Shown: piece by piece, positions 32,593 to 46,903 of the stretch
Position numbering within the stretch: position 1 is the first letter of the stretch
How the letters are laid out: the number at the start of each line of letters is the position of its first letter
Assembly (NCBI RefSeq): GCF_009914755.1
Contig: NC_060927.1
Reading direction: 5' to 3' (one strand)
Length of the DNA: 64,000 bases
From: the human T2T-CHM13v2.0 reference genome, Homo sapiens
Notes under the pieces: generated by a model
Told to the model about the DNA's origin: nothing
The model's input: only the letters and a program-made list of their open reading frames with translations
The model's database searches: none
Program-made: the position numbers and the translations under genes

Positions 32593-33553
32593 GTGCGTGG
32601 ATATGAACAGCAATCAAGGTGCTCTTATATTGGGTCCATTGCTTCCACATTTGGAATTTAGACTTTTCTAACTCTGATTCTTTTACATTTGGAAATTCAG
32701 TGCTTTTTTTTTTTTTTGAGAGTCAAAGGTAGGATCGAGAGAACACATCGGAGCATTCTACATAAGCATAGCCTTGGCCACTCTCTTTCTTAGAATCTAC
32801 AATAATTATAATTCCTTAGAATCTACGAGGCTCAGGGCTTGATCTATTCCAACAAAGATGTCGCCTCAGAACAGTGGCTCAATTTAAAGCTAGCACAAAG
32901 ATATTTCTAAGAGGCTGTGAATGGTTTAGGCCCAGACCCAATGAGCTCCAACTTGCAAAGAAAAATTTCAATATAAAGGAAACTTTCTACTAATTAGAGG
33001 TTCTTCAATATGGAATAACATTATTCCCAAAGCTTCAGGAGAGAGTACATTGAAGCACAGCCCATCAAGGATGTGAGAGAAAAATGCTCTACAGAGTAGA
33101 AAACTGAGCTAGAAGAAGTTAAAGTTCTTCCCAAATTAGAAAATCAAAGAGAACAATGATTGAAGAGAGTCACTCCAACCAACATTTGAATGTTAAATCA
33201 TAGATCCTATGTATTTGTTTAAGAACTGAATTCCTAATGCTACCCCTTTCCCATGTACTAGAACACTTAGTCACTCATTTGCTGATCAACAACACCTCTC
33301 AGGCAAGAAAGTTAAAAAAAAAAACCTAAAAATTTTGTAGGGTAGTTGGAAAATGAAATTTGAGAACAAAAGAGAACTAATGGGCTAAATTTCAAAAGCT
33401 CTACATAAAATGAATGTAAGCATACTGCCCAGATCATTTACTCCTGGGAAAAAACACATTCGATTATGGAGAAAAACACATTTAATTATGAAGCAATAAA
33501 GTAGTTCATTTAAAAATTAAAGAATTTATTCAGCTTGCTAGTATCATCGTTGT

Positions 33554-33580
33554 CATCATCATCATCATCATCATCATCAT
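33554..33580 (+). repeat. (CAT)9 microsatellite
   Basis: Direct read. Confidence 0.95.
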
Positions 33581-34302
33581 CTAGTATTTGCCCTAACATT
33601 TCTTTCAATATTCATTCACTCAATAACTGCTTATGGTATGCCTATTATCTCTGTAATCCAAGCTAAATTTAGTTCTGCTAAGATATTCAAATTAACTGCT
33701 TTATAGGTAATGAGCAACAAAAGTGACTGGATTAATTCCCATTGTGGTTTATTCAAAAAACTTTTAGTTTTAATTTTTTTAAAGTTGTCTTTTTCCTTAC
33801 TAAAGTGAACTTAAGCTTTGAGGTAAGAAACACTTGAGTTCCAACCATGGCTTCACCATTTACTAGCTGTTAATGTAACCTCTGTACCTCAGTTTCTTGA
33901 TATGTAAAATAAGGATTAAATTATCATGAGAGTTGCTAGAGGATTAACGTTAATATAAATGAAGAGCCTATTTTGTGTGTGTGTGTTTGAAAGTCCATAC
34001 TAGGATTATTTGTAGACAAGAGGTATGAACAGAATAAGAATTCTTATGCATTTTGTAATAGTTCCCTATCAGTCAAGGCTTTTTTGGTGCTCATTTCTTA
34101 TGTTCTGCACATTTCAGAATGTTAGTAACTGATCAGCAGTTAAGTAAAACGTACATAAGTATATAACTGTTTTCTAGCTCCAATTTTAAACTGAAAACAA
34201 TATTTTGCTATAAATTAGTTAAATTATTTGTATCTTTAAGTCTTTATTGTTGTTCTGGTTCCAAAGATCCCTCATCGACTATTTTTCATTCATAACAACA
34301 GA

Positions 34303-34305
<3 letters not shown>

Positions 34306-34360
<55 letters not shown>
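34306..34360 (+). repeat. (GT)27 pure microsatellite
   Basis: Direct read. Confidence 0.97.
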
Positions 34361-34362
<2 letters not shown>

Positions 34363-36522
34363 GGGTAAATGGAATGGGTAAATGGAATGCCAACCTTTTG
34401 TCAAGGAAATTATTGTTTTCTCTGGAGGTAAGGAGATTTTCTTGGCAAAAGGTTGAGCTTACATTTAGTTTTGGAAACAGGCCACTTCCTGGCTGTACAA
34501 AGTAAAACATATTTTTTAAAAAAACTTTAAAAATTAATAGATATCGAGTTGCTATTTAAGAATTGTGCTTGGTGGTTATATAGAAATATTTCTGAATTAG
34601 AGAGAGATTTGTAACCTTATGTTTAAATAGCCATAGTATTAAAACAAAAGGCAAAATACACTTGATACAAAGCTGCATCATAAAACCATATTTGCTATGT
34701 CTAACCTATTGTTGTTTTATTCTTCCTGACTAAAGCTTTATTTATGTACTTTAAAATAAACTTTAGAAGTTAAGGTATAAGAATCTAATTCTAAGGATAG
34801 CAGCTAGCATTTATAAGCTCATAAAAACCACCATGCAACCTAATTTGTCAAGGGTTTGCCCTGCATATCTCCATAAACTAAAACATAAGTCATAAAAACC
34901 TAGGTGAATTTCAGTAATATTATTGTAATACCTAGTATATCTACCATCCTCAGAGAATGAGAGGTTGCAAATTAAGTTTTGATAGGTAAAGTTTGTCTCT
35001 TTTAAGTATTAACATTTTTATCTTAACCACTGGATTAAAAATTATCTATTAAAAACACATTTCTACCTTCCTGCCTTAAAACAATATCCTGAAAAAAAAA
35101 GCCTAACCTTTTTTAAAATTTTGATGACACAGACTACTTTATGATTATTAGTTATGGTTTTACTGTTTATTAATTTAGTCTGTGGAGCTATTTATTCTTA
35201 TACCAATTGTGATGCTTTTTGACTTATTTTGGGTTTTTATTAGGGTTTTTCTGTGTGTTTGTTTCTTTCCTAGTTTTCTTTCCTATTATTGTATTGCCTG
35301 CCTTTAGTTCCCTAATTCCTCCATTTTGATTAGCTCAGAAAACATTTTGTTAAATTTAAATGGTATTTAATCCAAAAACATTCTTCTTTTAATAGTCTAG
35401 AAATTGAATCTATAATTTAAATATTGACTTCATTTTGGAAATCCAGTTTTTGGTTAGCCATCTATAGTCATTTCAGGGAATATTTATTATAATATTTATA
35501 TGTAATCTATAAATATGTTTCTAAAATTATTTAGCTGTAATTTTCTATATAATATGTAAGGGTCTGATAATTTTGTAAAGCAAGTCCAAATAGACAAAAT
35601 GATTTAGGTGCTTAGATTACTCAACATTATCTTCCAGTCAGGAAGAAAGGGCACTTTTAGAACTGATACCACTATCAAAGCAAGAAATGTTTCTCACAGC
35701 TTAATTTCTAATATTTTGAAGGAATATTTTGTCTAGTGTTTTATATAGACATGTCAACTAATATGGCTATTTTGTTCCTTCATAACTCTGTAATTTAGCA
35801 TGCTAATAAGCCCTCTTTGAAATTCTTCTGTTTCTTCCATTTCCCTTCAATATTAGCATTGGTTCCTGATATTTATAGATATCAATATAGATTTTAGTGA
35901 GTTTTGCAGAATTTCTGTTAGCCCCTCCAATCTTTAGCTGATAACTAGAAATCTATTACAGCATTTATTTATTTATGACTGTATAGCAGAACATACACTC
36001 ATCAATATGACTTTGCTTTGAAAGAATCATAAAAATTAGTTAATGATGAAGATTGGATACCTTATTCCTGAATGAAGGCAGTTAACTATGTAGCCAAGTC
36101 ATTCATTTACAAGAATTAACAAAAGGTTGTCTGAGGACCCATTAATTGCAAACAGTAATTCAGAAGTCCAATTGTAGTAGGCAGGAATAGTCAGATAGGA
36201 TATAAAGTCCATTCTTGGTCCCAATGCCAAATCTCTTAGATGTTTTTAATGCAAGTAACTGTTTGCCAAGGGAATAAACATCAGCAGTACAATAAGTTAT
36301 TTTACATAATAAAGTAAAAATTTCAAGTAAATCACCTTAAGAAATAATTAATAAAAGCTTTATTATCTTCTGTTATTAGAAACACAAGCACACAGTTTTG
36401 TAAAGCATGAAAATCATGTACATATCTTCTAATAACAGAGGATAATTCATGTAATGTGATCTCACTCTTAGAAAAAAAGTGTTTTATTAATAATGGATTC
36501 ACTTTTCAAAATAGATTATCTA

Positions 36523-36825
<303 letters not shown>

Positions 36826-37514
36826 TCAAAGATTTGATGTCATAAACACCAAATGTTAACTAAGAAAGTAAGTGAAGCCCTAGTGTGTTGTTGATCTATT
36901 CAGGATCAAATTAGGTAGAGTCTTTGGATGGAAAGAGGATGGGCAGAATGGGCATGGAGAGCTGAGTGCACACCAGGCTGAGTATTTCTGCAGTGCCCAC
37001 TCTCTGCGGTGTTATCTGAAGACGTTTCTTTCTTTTAGGTGTTTTTTGTTTGTTGTTTTAACTTAATTTTGAGATTTATAAATATAAATCCTAAAAATAC
37101 TTTTTAAGAAAAATATAGAATTAAGTCGTGGGTTTGGACATTATTACCGAAGTACTTGTTCCCATATGATAAAATCTAAGAAAAAATCCTTTGGAAAAAA
37201 TTAATAAAATAAAAACAAAAACATGCAGCTCTTCCAGTCAGTGATGCTGATGGCTTACCCTGTCAACCAGGGAGCTTGCTCCCTAGTGTGAGGAATGCCC
37301 AGGATGACAGGATGACTGTCTTTAGCCAGTAGCTAGGCATCCTGAATTGGGAAGAAGGTTGCATTAATGAATCAAAGCTCCTCTCTAACATAAAGAATCC
37401 TTGAGTCCCGCAACCTGAAAGACTAAAGACCAATGCAAATTCCTAATTTCTAAGCTCTTTTAATTCCTACATAAACAGTCACTTTTGACTACATTATAGA
37501 AGTGATTTTTTTTT

Positions 37515-37653
37515 GGCTCATGAACAATGGAAATTTGTTTCTCACAGTTCTGGAGACCGGAAGTCTAAGATCAGGGTGCCAGCATGATCAGGTTCTGGTG
37601 AGGGCCATCTTCTGGTTTGCAGACTGCAGACTTCTCCTTGTACTCTCACATGG
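37515..37653 (-). mobile_element. MaLR LTR fragment (MLT1A/MST-like)
   Basis: aatttgtttctcacagttctggagaccggaagtctaagatcagggtgccagcatg. Confidence 0.75.
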
Positions 37654-38588
37654 TCCAAATAGTGAATTTGTTTTTCAATATTTCAGATGTAAGAAATGGA
37701 CATTTGTTTTTTTCAATCAAATTAAGCCAAACTCTGAGCTCTTAGACCAAGCTAGGAGATGAGCCATTTACTTTCAGTGGTTTTTCAACGTACTCTTTCA
37801 GGGTTATTCAGGAATCTGATATCATCACACAGGCATAGAAATTAGAGAATAGCCTCCATCTTCAGCCCACCGTGGTCACTGCTGAGATCCCTACAGTCCA
37901 AATGCTCCAGCTGGAGTCAGTGGTTCCATTTCCTTCCAATGCTCATGAGCTCCAGAGCCTCCACTCTTCATGTCCAGGTTCTCCAACAACCACACGCCAT
38001 GCTATCAGAGGGCCTCTCGGGGCCTTGCTCAGAGCAGGAAGCATCTTCTTGTCATTCACACAACCTGCCATTACTGGAACCTACCCCATTCTTGGGAAGG
38101 CCAATCATCTCCCTGACAAGTGGACTAATATATAAATTCCCCAGCTTCTGACTCCACTTCACCTCAACCCTCCCACACCAGGAGATTATTTTTCGTCTTT
38201 AAGACTCATCTAGGAATCCTAAAAAACAAACAACCAGAAAAGATTACATCCTCCATGAAAGATAGGAGAGTTGTGGTGGAGAGGGATAGAGAAGTTAGTT
38301 GATGCGTTGATGGGTGACATATTAGAAAGTCAGACTTACAAAAAATCCATATGGATCTCTCTTTTCTGGAATGAGGAAAGGGAAAGAAAATGCTTTCTTT
38401 CTCTTCCAGTTGGTCCATAATATCAAACAAACAACAGAAACACTAAGTCGTGTTTTTCTTCCTAATACCCTATTGCTTCTCTACAGGTAATCACTGTGAC
38501 CAACCAGGTCACAGGTTAATTCATTCAGTATGTACTGAGTCCTGTGCTGGACTTTGGGGGTGCAGCAGTGAGCAAGACATACACAGTA

Positions 38589-38916
38589 CAGCATCTTCCC
38601 TCAGCATCTGTGGGGGTTTGGTTCCAGGCTCCCTGCAGATATCAAAATTTGTGGATGCTCAACTCCTTGATATAAATGGTGTAGTATTTGCATATAACCT
38701 ATACACCTTCTCCCTCCTATACTTTGTCACCTCTAGATTACTTATAATACCTAATACAATGTAAATGCTATGTAAATATTTGTTATACTGTATTCTTTAG
38801 GGATTAATGATAAGAAAAGTAAGTCCATACGTTCAGTAGACAAAATATTTCCCCCACATATGTTCAGCCGCATTTGGTTGAATCCACAGATGTGGAACTC
38901 AAGGATACAAAGGCTG
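38589..38916. mobile_element. MER2 (TcMar-Tigger) element nested in an antisense L2 (~38520-39420)
   Basis: TA|cag ... ctg|TA ends; internal ctctagattacttataatacctaatacaatgtaaatgctatgtaaata typical of MER2. Confidence 0.85.
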
Positions 38917-40298
38917 TATTTTGCCCTCATAGAAATTAGTCTAGTGGGTGTGTCAGGAAGTAAAAAAGGAGAACAAATCATTGTAAATGTGGTAAGTGCT
39001 TTGATAGGGATAGTCCCTGTAAGAGGAGTTAGTTTAGATGGCATTCAAAGAAGGGGGCCAAGGAAGGAATATTTAAGCAAAGGCATGAAGGCTGAGGAGT
39101 TAGCCATGTACTGACTGGTGAGTAACTTTCCAGGGAGTAGGGTCTGCAGGTAGCAGGAAGCTCTGAAGAGGGACAGGGTTTGGCTGGTTTGAGGAACTGA
39201 AGGTAGGTCAGCATAGTTTGAGCCTAAGGAGGAACAGGAAGAGAAATGTACCACGAGGAGGCTAGAGAGGAGACTGGAGCCATCAGGAGGACATTGGAAG
39301 CCATGGACAGGAGTTTAGATTTCCTTCAAGTCCATGGAAGGTTTTAAATCTGAGATTATGGAATCTGATTTAAATTTTACAGATCATTCTGACTGTGGTG
39401 TGGAGAATGGTTGGAGGAGAGAGAAGTCCTAAGATGTACACACAGTAGTACACCTGCCACGTAGGGAGAATTCCATAAATCAAAATGGACTCACCTGTCA
39501 TTTGTGCCTAGTCCTTCCAAACCAGTCCACTTGTCTCTGGGCCCCTCCTCCCAACCCAAGCAAACGTGGTAGGCTGGCCTTAGCAGGAGGAGAAGGGAAG
39601 GAGGTGGTTCAGGGTTCAGGGTGGGTGTGAAAACATCACCTCTGCATCAATGTACTGACCCATCTCTCCCCTCAAACACTGCTAGGTGCAGATAGTGAGT
39701 TGGACTGTGTTGTTTTTGCCCACTGGGGTCAGAGATAAGAGGAAAATGGCATTTTGCCAGCCCTTTCCAGTTATTCAAGCTGAATCCAGCTTCTGATATT
39801 TAAGGAGCCCTTTTGGAAAAAAGGAAAATAATCCTCTATAAAAGCAACAAAAAATATCTATTTAAAGTCTATTATATTTAAGTCATTATGTGAGCCCTTT
39901 CAAGACATAGTGAGAAATCATGATTATATTCTTTGACCAAACTCTTATTATAATACAACTCCAAATACCTGCATTTTCAAATGTGAATTATTCATGTTTT
40001 ACAAACACATATAATGCTTATAAATTATTAACTCTCCATGACAACCTTAAGATGCATGTTCTATTGTGCAGAAACCAAGGCACAAAGAAGCTTCATAAGC
40101 AGGATTCAAGCCATGTAGTCTGTCTCCCAAATTGCTTTTAACTCCTGTTCTTTGTTACTTCTCCATTTAAAAATTCTGTTAATGAGAAGGCACTGACTCA
40201 TTGTACCAGGTTATTTTAAGTTTAACTTTAAATTCCAAATTCATTCACTTGACCTGCAGAGGGAAATGCTTCAGGGCTCCAGTGTGGTATGGACGTGA

Positions 40299-40439
<141 letters not shown>

Positions 40440-41659
40440 TCTTCAAAAGAAGCATTGCAGCCCTTGGCTAGACTTGCCAACACCACAGAAATGGGGAATT
40501 CTCTAATCGAAAGAAAATGGGCCCTAGGGGTCACTGTACTGACTTGAGGGTGATTAACAGAGAGGGCACCATCACAATACAGATAACATTAGGTTGTCCT
40601 AGAAAGGGTGTGGAGGGAGGAAGGGGGTCTAAGGTCTATCAAGTCAATCATTTCTCACTGTGTACATAATGCTTAATTTCTAAAGATAATATTACTGTTT
40701 ATTTCTGTTTCTCATATGGTCTACCAGTTTGCTGATGTCCCTAGAAAACAATGCAAAACCTTTGAGGTAGACCAGGATTTCTAATCAAAAGGGAAAAGAA
40801 GATGTTGAAGAATACAGTTAGGCACCAGAAGAACAGTAGGTGACACTATAGTTTAAAACACATTGCCTAACTACTAGTTTTTACTTTTATTTGCAACATT
40901 TACAGTCCTTCAAAATCCTTCCAAAGAATTCTTATACACATTGGGGCCTTGGAGCTTACATAGTTTTAAACTCATTTTTGCCATACATCAGTTATTCATT
41001 CTGTGATCATTTATTTTAAGCACTCTTAAAGCAAAAAATGAATGTCTAAAATTGTTTTTTGTTGTACCTGCTTTGACTGATGCTGAGATTCTTCAGGCTT
41101 CCTGCAATTTTCTAAGCAATTTCTTGCTCTATCTCTCAAAACTTGGTATTTTTCAGAGATTTATATAAATGTAAAAATAATAATTTTTATATTTAATTAT
41201 TAACTACATTTATGAGTAACTATTATTATAGGTAATCAATGAATATTGAAGTTTCAGCTTAAAATAAACAGTTGTGAACCAAGATCTATAAAGCGATATA
41301 CAGATGAAAATTTGAGACTATTTAAACTTATAAATCATATTGATGAAAAGATTTAAGCACAAACTTTAGGGTAAAAATTGCCATTGGACAGTTGTCTAGA
41401 GATATATATACTTGTGGTTTTCAAATTGGACTTTCAAAATTAAATCTGTCCCTGAGAGTGTCTCTGATAAAAGGGCAAATCTGCACCTATGTAGCTCTGC
41501 ATCTCCTGTCTTTTCAGGTTTGTCATCAGATGGAAATATTTTGATAATAAATTGAAATTGTGAACTCATTGCTCCCTAAGACTGTGACAACTGTCTAACT
41601 TTAGAAGTGCATTTCTGAATAGAAATGGGAGGCCTCTGATGGACCTTCTAGAATTATAA

Positions 41660-41674
41660 GTCACAAAGAGTTCT
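41660..41674. promoter_or_regulatory. ARE-like GTCACAaagAGTTCT in 3' UTR
   Basis: IR3-like; matches my recollection of the reported last-exon NEP ARE. Confidence 0.7.
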
Positions 41675-41904
41675 GGAAAAGAACTGTTTACTGCTTGATA
41701 GGAATTCATCTTTTGAGGCTTCTGTTCCTCTCTTTTCCTGTTGTATTGACTATTTTCGTTCATTACTTGATTAAGATTTTACAAAAGAGGAGCACTTCCA
41801 AAATTCTTATTTTTCCTAACAAAAGATGAAAGCAGGGAATTTCTATCTAAATGATGAGTATTAGTTCCCTGTCTCTTGAAAAATGCCCATTTGCCTTTAA
41901 AAAA

Positions 41905-42365
41905 AAAAGTTACAGAAATACTATAACATATGTACATAAATTGCATAAAGCATAAGTATACAGTTCAATAAACTTAACTTTAACTGAACAATGGCCCTGT
42001 AGCCAGCACCTGTAAGAAACAGAGCAGTACCAGCGCTCTAAAAGCACCTCCTTGTCACTTTATTACTCCCAGAACAACAACTATCCTGACTTCTAATATC
42101 ATTCACTAGCTTTGCCTGGTTTTGTCTTTTATGCAGATAGAATCAATCAGTATGTATTCTTTTGTGCCTGGCTTCTTTCTCTCAGCCTTACATTTGTGAG
42201 ATTCCTCTGTATTGTGCTGATTGTGGATCTTTTCATTCTCATTGCAGAATAATGTTCTATTGTGGGACTTATTACAATTTGTTCATCCTATTGTTGATGG
42301 GCACTTGAGAACTTTCCATTTTGGCGCTATTACAAATAGTGCAACTATGAATGTACTGCATGTTA
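41905..42365 (-). mobile_element. L1ME-type 3' end fragment inside the 3' UTR
   Basis: aactatcctgacttcta, cagtatgtattcttttgtgcctggcttctttc, ttgttgatgggcacttgag, gctattacaaatagtgcaactatgaa. Confidence 0.75.
41967..41972 (+). terminator. Candidate proximal poly(A) signal AATAAA (others at 41263, 41546, 42581)
   Basis: Hexamer seen; upstream TGTA (CFIm motif) at 41931. Confidence 0.45.
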
Positions 42366-43164
42366 CCATCTTACTTGAGCCTTTAATGGACTTATTTCTT
42401 CAAATCCTTCCAAAAATTATTATAAGCATTGAAATTATAGTTTCAAGCCAACTGTGGATACCCTTACCCTTTCCTCCTTTATCACAACCACCGTTACAAG
42501 TATACTTATATTTCCCTAAAATACATTTAAAACTTACCTAAGTGACATTTGTAGTTGGAGTAATAGGAGCTTCCAGCTCTAATAAAACAGCTGTCTCTAA
42601 CTTATTTTATTTCCATCATGTCAGAGCAGGTGAAGAGCCAGAAGTGAAGAGTGACTAGTACAAATTATAAAAAGCCACTAGACTCTTCACTGTTAGCTTT
42701 TTAAAACATTAGGCTCCCATCCCTATGGAGGAACAACTCTCCAGTGCCTGGATCCCCTCTGTCTACAAATATAAGATTTTCTGGGCCTAAAGGATAGATC
42801 AAAGTCAAAAATAGCAATGCCTCCCTATCCCTCACACATCCAGACATCATGAATTTTACATGGTACTCTTGTTGAGTTCTGTAGAGCCTTCTGATGTCTC
42901 TAAAGCACTACCGATTCTTTGGAGTTGTCACATCAGATAAGACATATCTCTAATTCCATCCATAAATCCAGTTCTACTATGGCTGAGTTCTGGTCAAAGA
43001 AAGAAAGTTTAGAAGCTGAGACACAAAGGGTTGGGAGCTGATGAAACTCACAAATGATGGTAGGAAGAAGCTCTCGACAATACCCGTTGGCAAGGAGTCT
43101 GCCTCCATGCTGCAGTGTTCGAGTGGATTGTAGGTGCAAGATGGAAAGGATTGTAGGTGCAAGC

Positions 43165-43290
43165 TGTCCAGAGAAAAGAGTCCTTGTTCCAGCCCTATTC
43201 TGCCACTCCTGACAGGGTGACCTTGGGTATTTGCAATATTCCTTTGGGCCTCTGCTTCTCTCACCTAAAAAAAGAGAATTAGATTATATT
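43165..43290 (+). mobile_element. MIR fragment in 3' UTR
   Basis: tctgccact...gtgaccttggg...gggcctctgcttctctcacct-aaaa. Confidence 0.6.
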
Positions 43291-43658
43291 GGTGGTTCTC
43301 AGCAAGAGAAGGAGTATGTGTCCAATGCTGCCTTCCCATGAATCTGTCTCCCAGTTATGAATCAGTGGGCAGGATAAACTGAAAACTCCCATTTACGTGT
43401 CTGAATCGAGTGAGACAAAATTTTAGTCCAAATAACAAGTACCAAAGTTTTATCAAGTTTGGGTCTGTGCTGCTGTTACTGTTAACCATTTAAGTGGGGC
43501 AAAACCTTGCTAATTTTCTCAAAAGCATTTATCATTCTTGTTGCCACAGCTGGAGCTCTCAAACTAAAAGACATTTGTTATTTTGGAAAGAAGAAAGACT
43601 CTATTCTCAAAGTTTCCTAATCAGAAATTTTTATCAGTTTCCAGTCTCAAAAATACAA

Positions 43659-43664
43659 AATAAA
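43659..43664 (+). terminator. Distal polyadenylation signal AATAAA
   Basis: AATAAA then cgtttttaatactattgcttttatg downstream U-rich element. Confidence 0.7.
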
Positions 43665-44668
43665 AACAAACGTTTTTAATACTATTGCTTTTATGCCTAG
43701 TCAACTCTGTTCCAAACTGCCAACTCCTGTGTAAATCTCTACCCCATTTATTTCTTGAAAAATATTAAGATTAAATGGAGCTTTTATCTCTGTAGTCTTG
43801 CATTTCCCACTAGCTTCAAATTGAATTTTTAGAAAATGAATGATATAAGCTTTGTATCCATTATGTCCTTGTTTTCCCCACCCTTTTTCAAAGATCACCA
43901 TGACTTTCTGATTGGATTTTTTTTCAAAAGTGAAATGGCCATCAAATGTTATATGGAGTCACTAGCATAATCAGATGACTTAGGCAAAAGCCAAAAGTAA
44001 GTGTCTTTATCCACAGTCTCTAGTCTGAAGAAGTTGACCATTTGGTTGGTCAAGTGGACAGAGGAGTCACATCTGACTGGTGGTCAAACTGGCACATGTT
44101 TATCGCATTCTAATCTTTTATCTAACAATGGTTTCTTAATTTCTGCTTCTTTGTATTTTGCATTTCCTCTAAAACAGTGAGAAACACTACTTTCACTTTC
44201 AACCTCATAGACAAAATGTTGTGCTTCTATTTTGCTTGACAAAACAGATCTTCTCAGTTGTACAAAGGAAGTCTGGCAGAAAAATAATCATTGGCTCTTG
44301 CCAGAAATAATGATGAGTTTCCAACTTGGGGAAGTATAGAAAGACTGGAAAGACTAATATTTATGATAAATGTTTATACTCTGGATTTTCCTTCTACCCA
44401 GAAACTGACAATTTTGCGGGTATTAGGCATATTAGCATCCCATTTCACTCTTATAAATACACTTGATAGAATCTCCAATCTGACATTTATGCTATATCCA
44501 GGAAGACAAATGGAGCCAAGTATCTGTATTATCGTTTTACCTTGGTGTAAATCCTTCTTACATGCTATGAATGCTCTATGTCCTCTGACATACTGCATCA
44601 AAGATGTAATGCTAAGACGTATGGCAGCTTTATAACACCAAAGAAATAGGGATTCAAACACTAACTAG

Positions 44669-44980
<312 letters not shown>

Positions 44981-45026
44981 CCTGACCAGCAGAAAATATT
45001 TAGATGTAGTAAATGAAAATAGAAAA

Positions 45027-45041
45027 AGGACACAATGTTGA
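45027..45041. promoter_or_regulatory. ARE-like AGGACAcaaTGTTGA in 3' flank
   Basis: IR3-like; matches my recollection of a reported NEP 3' ARE. Confidence 0.6.
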
Positions 45042-46576
45042 GTATGCATTATCATATCAACTATGTTAAAATATTATTCCATAGAAAAAGAGTTGGAAGA
45101 ATATATGGCAAAAATTAACCAGGGCTATCTCTGGGTGGTAGTATTATAAGCAGTTCTTATTTTCCTTTTTTGGTTTTCTACATTTTAAGTTTTTCTGTGA
45201 TAGGAAAATGTTACTCTTAAAAAGTCATTTTAAAAATATTATTTGGAAAGAAAAAGAAAAGGAATATGAAAGGGAGGGGAGTGAGGGGGAAATTGACCCA
45301 AAAAGAAAAATATAATTTCCCTAAATAAAAGGGTTGTTAATTCTTTTTAGGACCTATTCAATTTGATGTCTCAGGCAACTTAGACCCAAGGAACCTGGTG
45401 AAGTAGATTTTGGTCAAGAGCTTGCTGCCTCCAGGACAGGCCAGATCTGTTTATAAAGTAACTTTGACACACACTGTATAACACAGAATGGAGGAAGTTG
45501 CTGGACCTTCCTCTGGTACTTAAAGTGCTTCTGTGAGAACAAAGCATGTAATCTAGAGGAGGTTTTGGGCTTTTTCCTGAAAATGCTAAAAGGTTGACTG
45601 ACCCAGCCACACTCTCCCACCTGGTCCTCCGCACCTCCCCAACCCGCCCCAAACCCCAGCATTTGCCAAACCCTGACCCAGATGAGGATACAGTGTATGG
45701 CTGTGAAAGACAAACCAGTAGATTATGTGGTAATTAGATCTAAATGCTTCACCTGGTAGGCACCACAATTCACCTTGTGGTCAGATGCTAAAATTTAGAG
45801 GTTGAATAGGGAGGAAAGAGCAGGATACAGCTAATCCCAGGTGACTCACTGCTTAAATATGCTTAAATTTGGTAAGACTTTAGTTGCAAATGTGAAAGTC
45901 AGAATCACTCTAAGTAAGCCAAAACTAGAGATTTTTTTGACCTGCCTTACCAAATATGGGGTGAGTGTGAATAACTGGGCCTTCTTTCCCTGTCTACTTT
46001 ATTGTTGCAGACTTGCTTTCTCTAAAGTCAAGTCATGATGGTCAGCCACACTCAGGCTCAGAGATTCTCCATTTCCTCTCCAAGAGAAGGATAGATTTCT
46101 TATCACAATACACATTTGACAAATCCTAGAGAAAAACCGATTGGCTTATTTTAGAAACATGCCCGCCCCTGTGGATAATGCATGAGGAATTGGGGAGGTT
46201 GTAGAATTATGATCTTTCATCTCCTATGGAGCCAAAGAAGGACAATTTCTCAAAAGAAGAAAAGCACCATTCCTAGAAGAAGAAGGAAAAGAAAAAGACA
46301 TTCAAAACACCAGTAATTACCAGATGATTCTCAAAAGCTTCACAAAACATTTCGGGTTGGATTATATTGTGCATATTACTCTTAGAATAAATGTTATCTT
46401 AATTTTCATTTTGATCAAAAAGAAGACATTATATAGTTTAGTTAGATTTAATATTTAAGAAAATGAAGTTATTAATAAAGAAGGATGGGAAGGAAGAACA
46501 ATGATACTTACTATTTATTGTGAGCCGGGCACATAATTTAAGTTGTTTGCATAAAGTGTTCATTTAATATAGCTAA

Positions 46577-46903
<327 letters not shown>

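Larger units (their letters stand above)
40440..43683 (+). other. MME: MME 3' UTR (long form, ~3.2 kb); end approximate
   Basis: Follows stop codon; AATAAA at 43659-43664 followed by U-rich sequence; length consistent with recalled long MME mRNA. Confidence 0.75.

Noticed and set aside
34286-34510. ORF with HTHTHT run
   Set aside because: Reading of the (CA)n microsatellite
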